The notes: generated by a model not told the origin, from the letters alone. 64,000 bases of DNA from Sphingobacterium sp. (GCA_022712315.1 JALAGS010000080.1:21209-85208), one strand, 5' to 3'. Shown: positions 43,490 through 53,604, numbered from the stretch's first letter. Numbers and translations: made by a program.

Positions 43490-43522
43490 TGAGCCAGCTC
43501 TTCCTTGGATGCAGCTGGCTCA
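43490..43522 (+). other. Intra-operon hairpin between susD and phosphoesterase gene
   Basis: TGAGCCAGCT/AGCTGGCTCA 10-bp stem followed by ATTTTTA. Confidence 0.6.
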
Positions 43523-43539
43523 ATTTTTATTTAAACAAC

Positions 43540-45921
43540 ATGAAATTACTCAATTTATTTGTCTGCTGTCTCCTTCCGATTCCCTCCCTTTTTGCACAAC
43601 AGCGCGTCGGCCGGGTTTTTGAAGATCAGAATGCGAATAACCTCTTCGAACAGAACGAGAATCTACTTAGCGGAATCACTGTATCCGATGGCTATGATGT
43701 AGTAAAAACCAATAAAGACGGAACGTATACACTGCCCCATAACCCCAATGCCCGCTTTTTGTCTGTCACCGTCCCTAGTGGTTACAAGGCGACCAAAACG
43801 CATTACATTCCACTGCGTGCGGATGTAAAAAGTTGGGATTTTGGGTTAGTCAAAGATGACGTCCAACAAAACGATTTTCTGCGATTTATTCAGATCACTG
43901 ACACAGAAACACCTCTATATGGACCTTGGATCGATAATGTCAGAAACTACGCCAAACAACAGCGTGCAAGTCTGATCATGCATACCGGAGATATCTGCTA
44001 TGAACCGGGCATGCTTTTTCATGCCAAACAGGTTAACAGTGACCTAATGGGCAGACCGACCTATTATACTGTCGGAAATCATGACCTTGTCAAAGGTGAA
44101 TATGGCGAAAAGTTATTTGAGGATCTTTTTGGACCGACCTATTACTCGTTCGATGCGGGACCGGCACACTTTGTCGTTACACCAATGCCAAATGGAGATT
44201 ACAAGCCCAGCTACACCGCTGATCAGATCATTGCCTGGTTAAAAAAAGATCTAGCCTCAATGGATAAATCCAAGCCGTTGATCTTTATTAACCACGACTT
44301 CTTTGCAGGAACTGACTTTGTACTTAAAGGTGAAAAAGAACAGATCGATTTAAAGCAATACAACCTTAAAGCTTGGTTCTACGGACATTGGCACAACAAT
44401 TTTGTCTTCAAACAAAATGGTGTCTATGTAGTTTGTTCGAACGCCCCTAATAAAGGCGGTATCGATAACTCTGCCGCACAATTTGTTGTTGTCGATGTTG
44501 ACAAACAAGGGATCAAGAATATCAAACCTGTCTATACCAATCTACGTGACCACATCCAATTGGTGCGACCTGTGCTCAATCAGCCATTAAATGCGGGTCA
44601 AACACTTCCAGTATTGATCAACGCCTACGATAGTGAACGACAAATACAGGGCGTAGACCTCACGATATACTCGCATGATACCGGAAATCGCATCACCTCA
44701 ACTTCGCTGACTCCTGCTGGCGACTGGGCATGGCAGGCCAACATCCCTTTCAAGAAACAAAGCCAAAAGGAGCAATATGATGCCCTTATTACGATTCGTT
44801 ATGAGAATGGAGAGCAGACATTAAAGAAAGAAACGTTTAAACTCACCGCCGCAGAAAATAGCACGATTAAACTACAGTGGTTCACTTCGGCAAGCGGAAA
44901 TATCTGGAAGACAAGTCCACTGGTTGCTGGCGATAAGCTTTTTGTAGCAACAATAGATGATGGCTTGGGAACCAACCACACGATCAAGGCATTGGATAAA
45001 CGTAGCGGAAAAGTACTATGGTCGCTGCCAACGATCAATTCCCTCAAGCATAAATTACGTTTCAGCGATGGTATATTGCTGGCCACTGATGTTGAAACCA
45101 ATGTCTATGCGATAGATGCAAATTCAGGTAAAGTCCTGTGGACAAAGAAACCTTCGGCGCCAAACCTCCCAACCTTTGTTTCTGGCGCTGCTCTTGACAA
45201 TGGCATTTATTATACCGGGCTAGGAAAACGTATGTCGGCGATTGATATCCATACGGGCAAGCCTCTTTGGGAGGGTGTTGAACCATCAGGAGGAGAAGCT
45301 ACGCCTGCAGAGCTATCTGTTGTCGGTCAAGTTCTTTTAGCTGGATACAACTGGAATGCGCTCTGTGCTTATGACATCCATAACGGGAAACTTCTCTGGA
45401 AACGTCAGGAAGATGGTTTACGTTTTAGAAGTGGCGGGGTGACAGCTCAAAATGATTACATCTATACAACCGGCCTCAATGGCATCTTTAAGATCGATCT
45501 AAAAACAGGAGAAATCTTACAGAAGAGCATTAAAACTGACGATTTTAAGGTAATGACAGCTCCGAAAATCGCTGGCGATCTTTTGGTCATGCCAACTTCC
45601 ACCAATGGAATCAAAGCCTATGATCTGCAGACGCTGGAAGAGAAGTGGCATTTTTCTACAGAAGAAGCGCTTGTTTATTCCTCGGCATATAGTAGTCCTG
45701 ATAACCACAAACTGGTCGGTACGGTTGAAGCGGCAGTCATTGAGGTGAAAGACAAGTTAGTTTTTGGTGCTTCAGACGGCTATGTCTACGTCCTTAATAA
45801 AGCGGGTAAATTAATAACAAAATTTAGCCTGGGTTCGCCTATATTTTCGGACATCACTGCCGATGGCGATTGCATTTATGTTGCTGATTTCGCAGGAAAT
45901 GTTTCTTGTTTTAAACTGTAG
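43540..45921 (+). CDS. Exported calcineurin-like metallophosphoesterase fused to a PQQ-type beta-propeller
   Basis: Signal peptide from ATG 43540; ITD, HTGD, GNHD, GHWH metal motifs; repeated xxGxxxW propeller motifs in the C-terminal half. Confidence 0.85.
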   Translation: MKLLNLFVCCLLPIPSLFAQQRVGRVFEDQNANNLFEQNENLLSGITVSDGYDVVKTNKDGTYTLPHNPNARFLSVTVPSGYKATKTHYIPLRADVKSWDFGLVKDDVQQNDFLRFIQITDTETPLYGPWIDNVRNYAKQQRASLIMHTGDICYEPGMLFHAKQVNSDLMGRPTYYTVGNHDLVKGEYGEKLFEDLFGPTYYSFDAGPAHFVVTPMPNGDYKPSYTADQIIAWLKKDLASMDKSKPLIFINHDFFAGTDFVLKGEKEQIDLKQYNLKAWFYGHWHNNFVFKQNGVYVVCSNAPNKGGIDNSAAQFVVVDVDKQGIKNIKPVYTNLRDHIQLVRPVLNQPLNAGQTLPVLINAYDSERQIQGVDLTIYSHDTGNRITSTSLTPAGDWAWQANIPFKKQSQKEQYDALITIRYENGEQTLKKETFKLTAAENSTIKLQWFTSASGNIWKTSPLVAGDKLFVATIDDGLGTNHTIKALDKRSGKVLWSLPTINSLKHKLRFSDGILLATDVETNVYAIDANSGKVLWTKKPSAPNLPTFVSGAALDNGIYYTGLGKRMSAIDIHTGKPLWEGVEPSGGEATPAELSVVGQVLLAGYNWNALCAYDIHNGKLLWKRQEDGLRFRSGGVTAQNDYIYTTGLNGIFKIDLKTGEILQKSIKTDDFKVMTAPKIAGDLLVMPTSTNGIKAYDLQTLEEKWHFSTEEALVYSSAYSSPDNHKLVGTVEAAVIEVKDKLVFGASDGYVYVLNKAGKLITKFSLGSPIFSDITADGDCIYVADFAGNVSCFKL

Positions 45922-45938
45922 CATGTATACGTAAAGCC

Positions 45939-45991
45939 AAAAAAGGGAGTTGCTAACTTCAGAACGAGTTAGCAACTCCCTTTTTCTTTTT
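45939..45991. terminator. Terminator closing the SusCD locus
   Basis: 19-bp stem AAAAAGGGAGTTGCTAACT/AGTTAGCAACTCCCTTTTT. Confidence 0.9.
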
Positions 45992-46122
45992 ATTCATAAA
46001 AATTGTAGACCACCTTTCGGTTTAAGATGAACAAATCTTTGGGTACCTAATCTTAACTAAAGTCAGATACACGTGTCCATCCTTTATTATGATCACCAAA
46101 CCTGTACGTCAGCTTTAGCAGC

Positions 46123-46758
46123 TTACATCCAAGTTACGCTACCAGTTTCAACGTCATAGTTTGCGCCCACAATCTTAATTTTACCTTCTTCTTCAAGCTT
46201 ACGGAGCGTTGAACTTTGTCTGCGGATGTCTCGGATCGCATGCTTAATGTTCTGTTGGTTTAGCTTTTCAAGCAGCACACTATTTTTTGACGAACGTTCT
46301 TCCCCCTGGTCGATCACCTCATTAATGATCGGGTCGAAATGGTTAATCAGGTGGTTCAGGTTATCCATTCCCATGCCCTCAATCTGCGCAGCATCCAATC
46401 CTCCTTTTAATGCACCACATTTGGTATGCCCCAGAACGACAACAAGTTTAGAACCGGCCACATTGCAACCAAACTCCATCGATCCTAAAATATCCTGATT
46501 GACAAAATTTCCGGCAATCCGGATACTGAAGATATCGCCCAGTCCCTGATCAAATATAAGTTCAGCTGAAGTACGGCTATCTATGCAGCTTAGCACCACG
46601 GCAAATGGCCACTGTCCTTCACGCGTAGCGTTCACCTGCTCGAGCAGATCGCGGTTAGCTTTCAGATTATTAACAAAGCGTTGATTTCCTTCTTTCAAAA
46701 AATCCAATGCCTTTTGCGGTGTAATCGTTGATTGTGTTTCGTAGGTATGTGCCTTCAT
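46123..46758 (-). CDS. Beta-class carbonic anhydrase
   Basis: LSCIDSR, DIFSIRIAGN, VLGHTKCGA Zn ligands. Confidence 0.93.
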   Translation of the reverse strand: MKAHTYETQSTITPQKALDFLKEGNQRFVNNLKANRDLLEQVNATREGQWPFAVVLSCIDSRTSAELIFDQGLGDIFSIRIAGNFVNQDILGSMEFGCNVAGSKLVVVLGHTKCGALKGGLDAAQIEGMGMDNLNHLINHFDPIINEVIDQGEERSSKNSVLLEKLNQQNIKHAIRDIRRQSSTLRKLEEEGKIKIVGANYDVETGSVTWM

Positions 46759-46923
46759 AAAATTTTATTATTTGGAATATTAACGGTAAAATTAATAGGT
46801 TAGATTTATATTACCAACGGGACAAAATACGTGTAATTTGTTTTATTGTTTTACCCCACGCTTATGCAAGAGTTGTTTTCCAGTCCTCAACGCAAAACCC
46901 AACCAATATTCCCCAACCTTTTC

Positions 46924-47910
46924 TTATTTAGCTACAGTGACTTCGTTCTTTGCGTGATAATCCATCCAAGCTTTAATTCTTCCGACAAACATTTTAAGAT
47001 AGTTTTCTGTCAAAAATATGTTGGACCAATCAAATCTTTGTGCCTGTACCCCAAGATAAAAAATAAAAATAGAAGCGCCAGCTTTTGGTATTAACCTGAG
47101 CTCTTTTTCAGATAAAAATCTGTTAGTCTGGTATCCCCGTATGAAGCTTTGAATTTTTAATTCATACTGCTCTTTATCTGATTCTATGAAAAACAGTTGT
47201 TTGCAGAAATATCCAACATCTAAAATTTGCCATCCATTTCCACAAAAGTCAAAGTCAAAAATCGTAATCTCCCTTTCGTCGGTAACGGCCATATTATCAT
47301 ACCATATATCCATATGTATAATTCCTTTTTTCGTATGATCAAAATCTGAATTTTGAAAATTTCTTCCAAACTCCCTAATGAATTCCATTTCTGGCAACTT
47401 GTCTGCAAAGAACTGTTTTAGGTACTTATAAGGTAGTTCTATAAGAGACTCCTTATTGTAAGATAGTCGTTTAATGTTCTTGTTTTCGGTATAGTTGTGG
47501 ATATTTGCCATTAGAGAACCTATTCGAAAGCAAGTTTCGTTGTCCATAAATCTGATTTTTTCACCTTGAGCAAAGGAAAAAAGTACAACGTATCGGGTTC
47601 CTTCAGGTGCATTTATTTCTTGAATGAACACTCCGTCTTTATCTTCAATTGGAAAAGAAACACTTAAATTATTATTCTTTAATGATTTTAAAAGTTCAAG
47701 CTCTTCAATAATTTCGGTTTTTGACCTCCAATTATGACTATAAACTCGTAAAACGTATTTCGTTTCGGTATTGGAAAGAAAATACGTGTGATTCATTCCC
47801 GTTCTGAATAAGGTACAATTGTATTTGTCGTCTAGGCCATATCTATCTTTCACAAAATCTCCTAATTGTTTGGCAGAAAGAGTAGAGGCAATAACAGGAA
47901 ATGTTGTCAT
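46924..47910 (-). CDS. APH/homoserine-kinase-type-II-like phosphotransferase
   Basis: YVLRVY, IIHMDIWYDN (HxD), IFDFD motifs; start MTTFPVI at 47910; AT-rich. Confidence 0.82.
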   Translation of the reverse strand: MTTFPVIASTLSAKQLGDFVKDRYGLDDKYNCTLFRTGMNHTYFLSNTETKYVLRVYSHNWRSKTEIIEELELLKSLKNNNLSVSFPIEDKDGVFIQEINAPEGTRYVVLFSFAQGEKIRFMDNETCFRIGSLMANIHNYTENKNIKRLSYNKESLIELPYKYLKQFFADKLPEMEFIREFGRNFQNSDFDHTKKGIIHMDIWYDNMAVTDEREITIFDFDFCGNGWQILDVGYFCKQLFFIESDKEQYELKIQSFIRGYQTNRFLSEKELRLIPKAGASIFIFYLGVQAQRFDWSNIFLTENYLKMFVGRIKAWMDYHAKNEVTVAK

Positions 47911-48005
47911 TTTTTTTTCGCTAAATTTTTTATCCACCCACAACTTTTGTTTATGATTCACTTCTTTCTTGGGAGTTCGTATAGGTTTTGTAGATACTAA
48001 AAGAC

Positions 48006-48041
48006 AAAAAAAGCTTACAATATGAATTGCAAGCTTTTTTT
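48006..48041 (-). terminator. Terminator downstream of tRNA-Glu
   Basis: AAAAAAAGCTT..CAA/TTG..AAGCTTTTTTT stem. Confidence 0.75.
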
Positions 48042-48054
48042 ATCTTTCGATCTG

Positions 48055-48126
48055 TAGCCCGTAGGGGAATCGAACCCCTGTTTCAAGAATGAAAATCTTG
48101 CGTCCTAACCCCTAGACGAACGGGCC
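48055..48126 (-). tRNA. tRNA-Glu (TTC), CCA not encoded
   Basis: GGCCCGT acceptor stem, CAAGA-TT TTC AT-TCTTG anticodon arm, GGTTCGATTCC T-arm; 72 nt. Confidence 0.97.
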
Positions 48127-48144
48127 GTTTTCTGTTTCGGTGTG

Positions 48145-48175
48145 CAAATATAGAAATATTTATAAATGTGTCAAA
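48145..48175 (-). promoter_or_regulatory. Full Bacteroidota promoter TTTG-N19-TATATTTG for tRNA-Glu
   Basis: Both -33 and -7 elements at canonical spacing. Confidence 0.75.
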
Positions 48176-48266
48176 ATTTTTATATTTTTTTTATTCATTT
48201 TTTTTGAAATAGATCATAAACCCCTCTAGAATAGCTATATTTAAAGTCATTGAAAAAGTAACCAAC

Positions 48267-50783
48267 ATGACTAATTTAAAAAAAATCAAAAAACCGCTAC
48301 TCTATGCCGGACTGGCCTTGGCTTTATTAAGTCAGGAAGCCTATGCCCAAAAGTCGAGTGCAATCGCAGATCAACTGCAACTCACCTGGAAGGTTAAGGA
48401 CGGACAGAATATCCGCAAAAATCCAGTATCCACCATTATTTTAAAGAACAAAGGTAAAAGTGCCATCAAACTTAACGATTGGAGCCTATGGTTTAATTTT
48501 ATCCGGTCTATTGATCCCGATAAGGTAGATAATCGTTTTGCTATCGACCACAGAAACGGTGACCTTTTTCAAGTAAGCTTTAAGAAGAATAACTTTTTAT
48601 TAAATGCGCAAGATACCGTCCATATCGATTTCATCACGACTGGACTGGTCAACTATACTGATGGCCCCATTGGCCTCTATTTAAAAAATAACCAAACTGG
48701 ACTTGCCACAAATATTTCGGATTATTCAGCGAGTAAAACGGCACCTCAATCGGAAACTGAAAAGACGGACTACTTTGCTTATAAATACACGCAAAACAAA
48801 CTTGTCGAAGGTGTAGAAGCACAGCCGATTATTCCTTTGCCGAGCAGCATCAGCATCAACAATCAAGAAAAATTCAATGTATCTACAGGGACAAAACTTT
48901 TTGTGGACAATGAATTTGCGAAGGAGGCAACTTTTCTGACAGATTTCCTGAGCACCTATTCAGGCATTAAACTATCGGCTTCTTCCGGACAGGGAGAGGG
49001 CATTGCAATTGTCAAAACGAACAACCTAAAACCCGAATCTTATCGCTTGACGATCGGTGCTATGGGTGTACGAATAGAAGCTTCAGATAAAGCGGGTGCA
49101 TTTTATGCCATACAATCGCTAAAATCGCTGATCAATCATCGTCAATGGAATAAGACTGCAAAATCAATAGCAGTACCTTATGGCAACATTGAAGATAGCC
49201 CGCGCTATGGCTACCGAGGATTTATGTTAGACGCTGCCCGTAATTTCCATAGCAAGGCTGAGGTTTTAAGGCTATTGGATCTTATGGCTGCGTATAAGTT
49301 GAACAAGTTCCATTTCCACTTCATTGACGACGAAGGCTGGCGATTGGAAATCCCATCTTTACCTGAACTCACGGCTGTTGGAGCCAATCGTTCGGCTAAT
49401 TTTGAAGATGGAAAAGCAATACAGTCTGCTTATGGATCTGGAGCGGTGGCCAAATCGAATCAATTCTACAGTGTTGCCGACTATATCGAAATTTTAAAAT
49501 ATGCGCAGGCAAGACATATCGATGTTATACCTGAGGTAGAAACACCGGGGCATGCTCGTGCAGCTATCAAGGCAATGCGTGCGCGTTTTGCCCATTACTC
49601 AAAACTTGGCGATAAGCAAAAAGCAGAAGAATTCTTGCTGGACGATTCAGAGGACAAATCCATTTACAACTCTGCACAAAACTGGAATGACAATGTCATG
49701 AACCCTGCCCTGCCCTCAACGTATCACTTCCTAAGCAAGGTGATCGATGAAATCAAAGCAATTCATGAGCAAGCTGGAGTTCCGTTGAAAATTATCGACC
49801 TGGGCGGCGACGAGACGCCAAGTGGTGTTTGGGAGAAATCGCCGAAGGTATTGGCCTTTATGAAAGAAAATAATATCGCCAATGTACTCGATGTATGGCC
49901 GCTGTATATTACCAAGATTAATGCCCTTGTTCAAGAAAAGGGACTGACGATGTCCGGATGGGAAGAGATGGGCATGCGCAACAAAGGTAAAGGCATGGTC
50001 GTAAACGCTGACCTGGGAAAATCGGGCATTCACCTGAATGTGTGGAACAATCTCCCTGGCCAAGGACAGGAAGACCTTGCCTATCGATTGGCCAACGCAG
50101 GGTATAAAGTTGTTTATACGAGTGCGGCCAATAACTACCTGGATATGTCATGGGACCGTGACTTTGCAGATCCGGGACACAGCTGGGTGGGTACGGTTAA
50201 TTTGAATAGAACCTATTCATTTTCCCCTGAAAATTTCTTTATCAATCTACGCAAGGATGATATAGGAAAAGATCTGGTGAAGGAAGCTTATACCAACAAA
50301 GAACAGCTCACGGCCGAAGGGAAGAAAAACCTACTCGGGATAAAAGGCGCCCTGTGGGCAGAAAAGGTATCTACAGACCACCGTCTCGAAGAAATGATCT
50401 TTCCACGTTTAATTGCGATTGCTGATCGCGCGTGGGCACCCGAACAGGCCTGGGAAAAAGGGGATTCTTTTGACGAAGCTACTTATCGTAAATCGTATAC
50501 CTCCTTTATCAAAAAATTGGGGGAAGATGAATTGAGAAAACTGGATAGGATAAATGGAGGCTATACCTATCGACTTCCAAAAATTGGAGTTAAGAAAGAG
50601 GGAAACCAACTCCTTATCAATACCGATTATCCTGGTTTCAAAGTCTATTATAGCGACAACGGTAGTACACCAACATTGAAATCTAAAACTGTGAGCGGCC
50701 CGATACCATTCCAGACTGGCAAAAAATACTTATTTAAAGTATTTGATGCTAATGGACGATCAGGTGATGTGATCAGCTATTAA
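48267..50783 (+). CDS. GH20 beta-N-acetylhexosaminidase (chitobiase-like)
   Basis: Signal peptide; DSPRYGYRGFMLDAARNFH, HFHFIDDEGWRLEI, PEVETPGHA, LGGDE catalytic motif. Confidence 0.92.
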   Translation: MTNLKKIKKPLLYAGLALALLSQEAYAQKSSAIADQLQLTWKVKDGQNIRKNPVSTIILKNKGKSAIKLNDWSLWFNFIRSIDPDKVDNRFAIDHRNGDLFQVSFKKNNFLLNAQDTVHIDFITTGLVNYTDGPIGLYLKNNQTGLATNISDYSASKTAPQSETEKTDYFAYKYTQNKLVEGVEAQPIIPLPSSISINNQEKFNVSTGTKLFVDNEFAKEATFLTDFLSTYSGIKLSASSGQGEGIAIVKTNNLKPESYRLTIGAMGVRIEASDKAGAFYAIQSLKSLINHRQWNKTAKSIAVPYGNIEDSPRYGYRGFMLDAARNFHSKAEVLRLLDLMAAYKLNKFHFHFIDDEGWRLEIPSLPELTAVGANRSANFEDGKAIQSAYGSGAVAKSNQFYSVADYIEILKYAQARHIDVIPEVETPGHARAAIKAMRARFAHYSKLGDKQKAEEFLLDDSEDKSIYNSAQNWNDNVMNPALPSTYHFLSKVIDEIKAIHEQAGVPLKIIDLGGDETPSGVWEKSPKVLAFMKENNIANVLDVWPLYITKINALVQEKGLTMSGWEEMGMRNKGKGMVVNADLGKSGIHLNVWNNLPGQGQEDLAYRLANAGYKVVYTSAANNYLDMSWDRDFADPGHSWVGTVNLNRTYSFSPENFFINLRKDDIGKDLVKEAYTNKEQLTAEGKKNLLGIKGALWAEKVSTDHRLEEMIFPRLIAIADRAWAPEQAWEKGDSFDEATYRKSYTSFIKKLGEDELRKLDRINGGYTYRLPKIGVKKEGNQLLINTDYPGFKVYYSDNGSTPTLKSKTVSGPIPFQTGKKYLFKVFDANGRSGDVISY

Positions 50784-50920
50784 TTCATTGGGATTCAAAA
50801 TAATGATTGCTATTGACGTTGATAACGCCAAAAAAGTAGCCTAAAATAACATCAGTCACTCCAGGAGCCAGCTATTTGAGATGGCACTTAAGCGCGATAA
50901 AGGCAACATAGAATAAAAAT

Positions 50921-50949
50921 AGGGCTGTCCAACTTCTTTGGACAGCCCT
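50921..50949. terminator. Bidirectional hairpin (hairpin family member)
   Basis: AGGGCTGTCCAA/TTGGACAGCCCT perfect stem. Confidence 0.8.
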
Positions 50950-50972
50950 TCTGTTTTATAGACTCTGTATCT

Positions 50973-53462
50973 TTAAAACTTATAACTCAACGCAACAGCT
51001 GCATTTCTTGGATCAATCTGATTGATAAAACCACCACGGAAGTATGAATTCAATCCAATCTCATTGGTGATATTATTTACAAAGACTTTCGCATCAAATT
51101 TGCGCCATTTGTAGCCTACCTGCGCATTTAATGTGGTATATGCGGGCATATTGAAAGGTTCTGTACCATAATATTCGCCGTGTCCATTTGGGGTTAAGCT
51201 ATATTCATTGACAGGTCGGTCTCCAACATAATAGACTCCCGCACTTAAACTCAGGTTGCGAAGAGCTCCTTGATTAAATACATATTGTATCCATGCATTT
51301 GCCGTATGTTTTGGTGCATTCATCGGTGCTGATCCATCCATATAGGAAGGCGAATTTTTATATCGTGCATCTAAATAAGCATAGCCTAACATCACCGTCA
51401 AATTTTCCAATACACGGCCATTCAACTCAGCCTCAATACCGTCACGTACCAGATCCCCAGCCTTAAAGTATAATCCTGTAGGATCATTAGTCCCAACCTT
51501 ATACTCCGCATTGGTCAAGTTAGAGGTATAAATATGGAAATAGGTTAAATTGAAACGTAAGCGATTATTCAGCCAATCGGATTTAATTCCCCCCTCAAAT
51601 TGTTCCGTTTTAGAAGCTCCTGCTGCTGTGCCATCTGTCAATGGATTCGCAGCATTCCTTAAATTGGTTGAGTTCGTATAAGACCCAAATACATTGAAAT
51701 TCTCAAATGGTGTAACAATCACCCCTGCCATTGGATTCCAGGCCGACTCTCGTTTATTACCGTTTGATGTGAAATCTTTTGTTGTGATTTCAGAATAACG
51801 TAAACCTAATACAGCCTTAAGGTATTTATTAAATTCGATCACATCCTGCCCCATAAATCCGATAGAGGAGTAATAACTGCGTACAGGAGTTCCGGCGGTA
51901 TAGCTGATTTGCTTTCCTTTGCGTTGGTTGCCCAAAGAATCGACATAGACAACTTCCGAGAGATCATTTACCCAATCACCATGGATATCAATAATGTCTA
52001 TAACCGAACTATTTTGATCTGCCTTTTTCAAAAGGACATTTTTCTCCAGCGGACTTAATTTACCTGCAAAAGAAGTTGTTGTCGCATCTGCGATACGATA
52101 ATCTACCCCTGCCTGAACCAAATGTTTTACTTTACCTGTATAAAGGTCTTTTCCGATCAGGTCAAACTGGAACGTTTTATTCTTATCATCGCGCAGGTTT
52201 TTGCTCATTGAGCGCGAGAATGTATTATATTGTTTTGCATCATCTTTAATCAATGAAGAAGATGATGACTGGTTATCAACCTGATAAGATGATGTAGCAA
52301 TAGAAGCTCTAATACTCCAGCGATCGGTCAATTCATGATTGATCTGAGCCATAAAGCTCTTCATCTCCGTGTTATTATTGTCTGAATTGAAACCCAAAAA
52401 CTTATTGTTTGGGATAACATATAGCGCATTCACCCCTTGGGATGGATTTAAATTGACCGCAGAATTAACCGGTGTACGATTATCGTTAAAATAATCGCCC
52501 TCCAGTGTAATTGTCGTCTTATCTGTCGGTTTCCAGGCCAAAGATGGGTTTAGATAGACTCGGTTGGACGATACACTTTTGCGATAGCTATCGCTGCGCT
52601 CATACGCTCCATCCATTCGAAAAGCGACAGTCTGTTTTTTATCCAATACAGTTTGGAAATCAAAGGTCGGACGGAATTGCCCCCAGCTTCCGGCACGTAC
52701 GCCAATTTCACCAGAATTCGTAAAATTGGGTGTTTTAGTAACCACATTGATTACTCCACCTGCATTACCAATATCTGTAATAACACCTTGTGTCACAGCT
52801 GCAGACCCTTTAATCATCTGGATAGATTCCACACCCTGCATATCAACTACGCCGGACGCCGTCTGAAATTGCGAATCCATCCGCACGCCATTCTTCAATA
52901 CAGGTACCCCTCTGAAACCACGTGTTGACAAGGATTCTTTAACCCCACCATAAGAGCCAAACAAGGTTACACCCGGAATATTTCTTACTGCATCAGTCAA
53001 CGTAAGAATACCTTGGTCTTGAATTACCTTATTGGAGATAACAGAAATACTCTGTATTTGATCCGAAGGCTTCAATGGCATACGTGTAATCATTTCCAGG
53101 CCCTTTGGTTTTTTGTTGCGTTCACCAAACACTTCTACTTCATCAATAGCTTGCTCATTGCTAATCAGGGTAATTGGGTCAATAACCACTTCACGGCTTG
53201 CTGAACTAAAAACATAATCAATAGCCGTTGTCTGATAACCCATATAAGAGAATTTGATCACCGTATTTTGGTCTACGCCATGTAGCCTAAAATGACCTCT
53301 GTGGTCTGTCCGCACTTTTTTATCTCCTATTGAAACGGTTACTGAACGTAGTGGATTATTTTGACCATCAACAACTTTTCCTTTGACGATCCCCGAAGTC
53401 TGACCATATACTGCACCTCCGATTAAAAATGTAGAAGCAAGAGCTAGTAAGTGTTTGTCCAT
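50973..53462 (-). CDS. TonB-dependent siderophore/iron receptor
   Basis: Signal peptide, carboxypeptidase-regulatory-like domain, plug (DAVRNIPGV..RGF..KGSAAV..GGVINVVTK), C-terminal PRNAAVALSYKF; upstream Fur-like boxes. Confidence 0.88.
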   Translation of the reverse strand: MDKHLLALASTFLIGGAVYGQTSGIVKGKVVDGQNNPLRSVTVSIGDKKVRTDHRGHFRLHGVDQNTVIKFSYMGYQTTAIDYVFSSASREVVIDPITLISNEQAIDEVEVFGERNKKPKGLEMITRMPLKPSDQIQSISVISNKVIQDQGILTLTDAVRNIPGVTLFGSYGGVKESLSTRGFRGVPVLKNGVRMDSQFQTASGVVDMQGVESIQMIKGSAAVTQGVITDIGNAGGVINVVTKTPNFTNSGEIGVRAGSWGQFRPTFDFQTVLDKKQTVAFRMDGAYERSDSYRKSVSSNRVYLNPSLAWKPTDKTTITLEGDYFNDNRTPVNSAVNLNPSQGVNALYVIPNNKFLGFNSDNNNTEMKSFMAQINHELTDRWSIRASIATSSYQVDNQSSSSSLIKDDAKQYNTFSRSMSKNLRDDKNKTFQFDLIGKDLYTGKVKHLVQAGVDYRIADATTTSFAGKLSPLEKNVLLKKADQNSSVIDIIDIHGDWVNDLSEVVYVDSLGNQRKGKQISYTAGTPVRSYYSSIGFMGQDVIEFNKYLKAVLGLRYSEITTKDFTSNGNKRESAWNPMAGVIVTPFENFNVFGSYTNSTNLRNAANPLTDGTAAGASKTEQFEGGIKSDWLNNRLRFNLTYFHIYTSNLTNAEYKVGTNDPTGLYFKAGDLVRDGIEAELNGRVLENLTVMLGYAYLDARYKNSPSYMDGSAPMNAPKHTANAWIQYVFNQGALRNLSLSAGVYYVGDRPVNEYSLTPNGHGEYYGTEPFNMPAYTTLNAQVGYKWRKFDAKVFVNNITNEIGLNSYFRGGFINQIDPRNAAVALSYKF

Positions 53463-53480
53463 GTTAATAATTTTGGGTAA

Positions 53481-53550
53481 TTATTTTTAATTATTCTAAA
53501 TAACACCGCAAAGGTATAAAAAATAAGCTATTTAGAATGATTAAAAATAA
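53481..53550 (-). promoter_or_regulatory. Two inverted Fur-box-like operators flanking the -7 element (TACCTTTG, 53509-53516) of the TonB receptor
   Basis: TTATTTTTAATTATTCTAAATAA (53481-53503) and CTATTTAGAATGATTAAAAATAA (53528-53550), near reverse complements of each other. Confidence 0.65.
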
Positions 53551-53585
53551 AAAAGTCCTGAACCACCTAAGGCTCAGGACTTTTT
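53550..53585 (-). terminator. Terminator after nagB
   Basis: AAAAAGTCCTGA/TCAGGACTTTTT stem. Confidence 0.8.
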
Positions 53586-53604
53586 ATTTATCTAGACAAT
53601 TATT

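Noticed and set aside
46759-48126. Integrative element with att sites at tRNA-Glu
   Set aside because: No duplicated tRNA 3' end and no integrase found in the window
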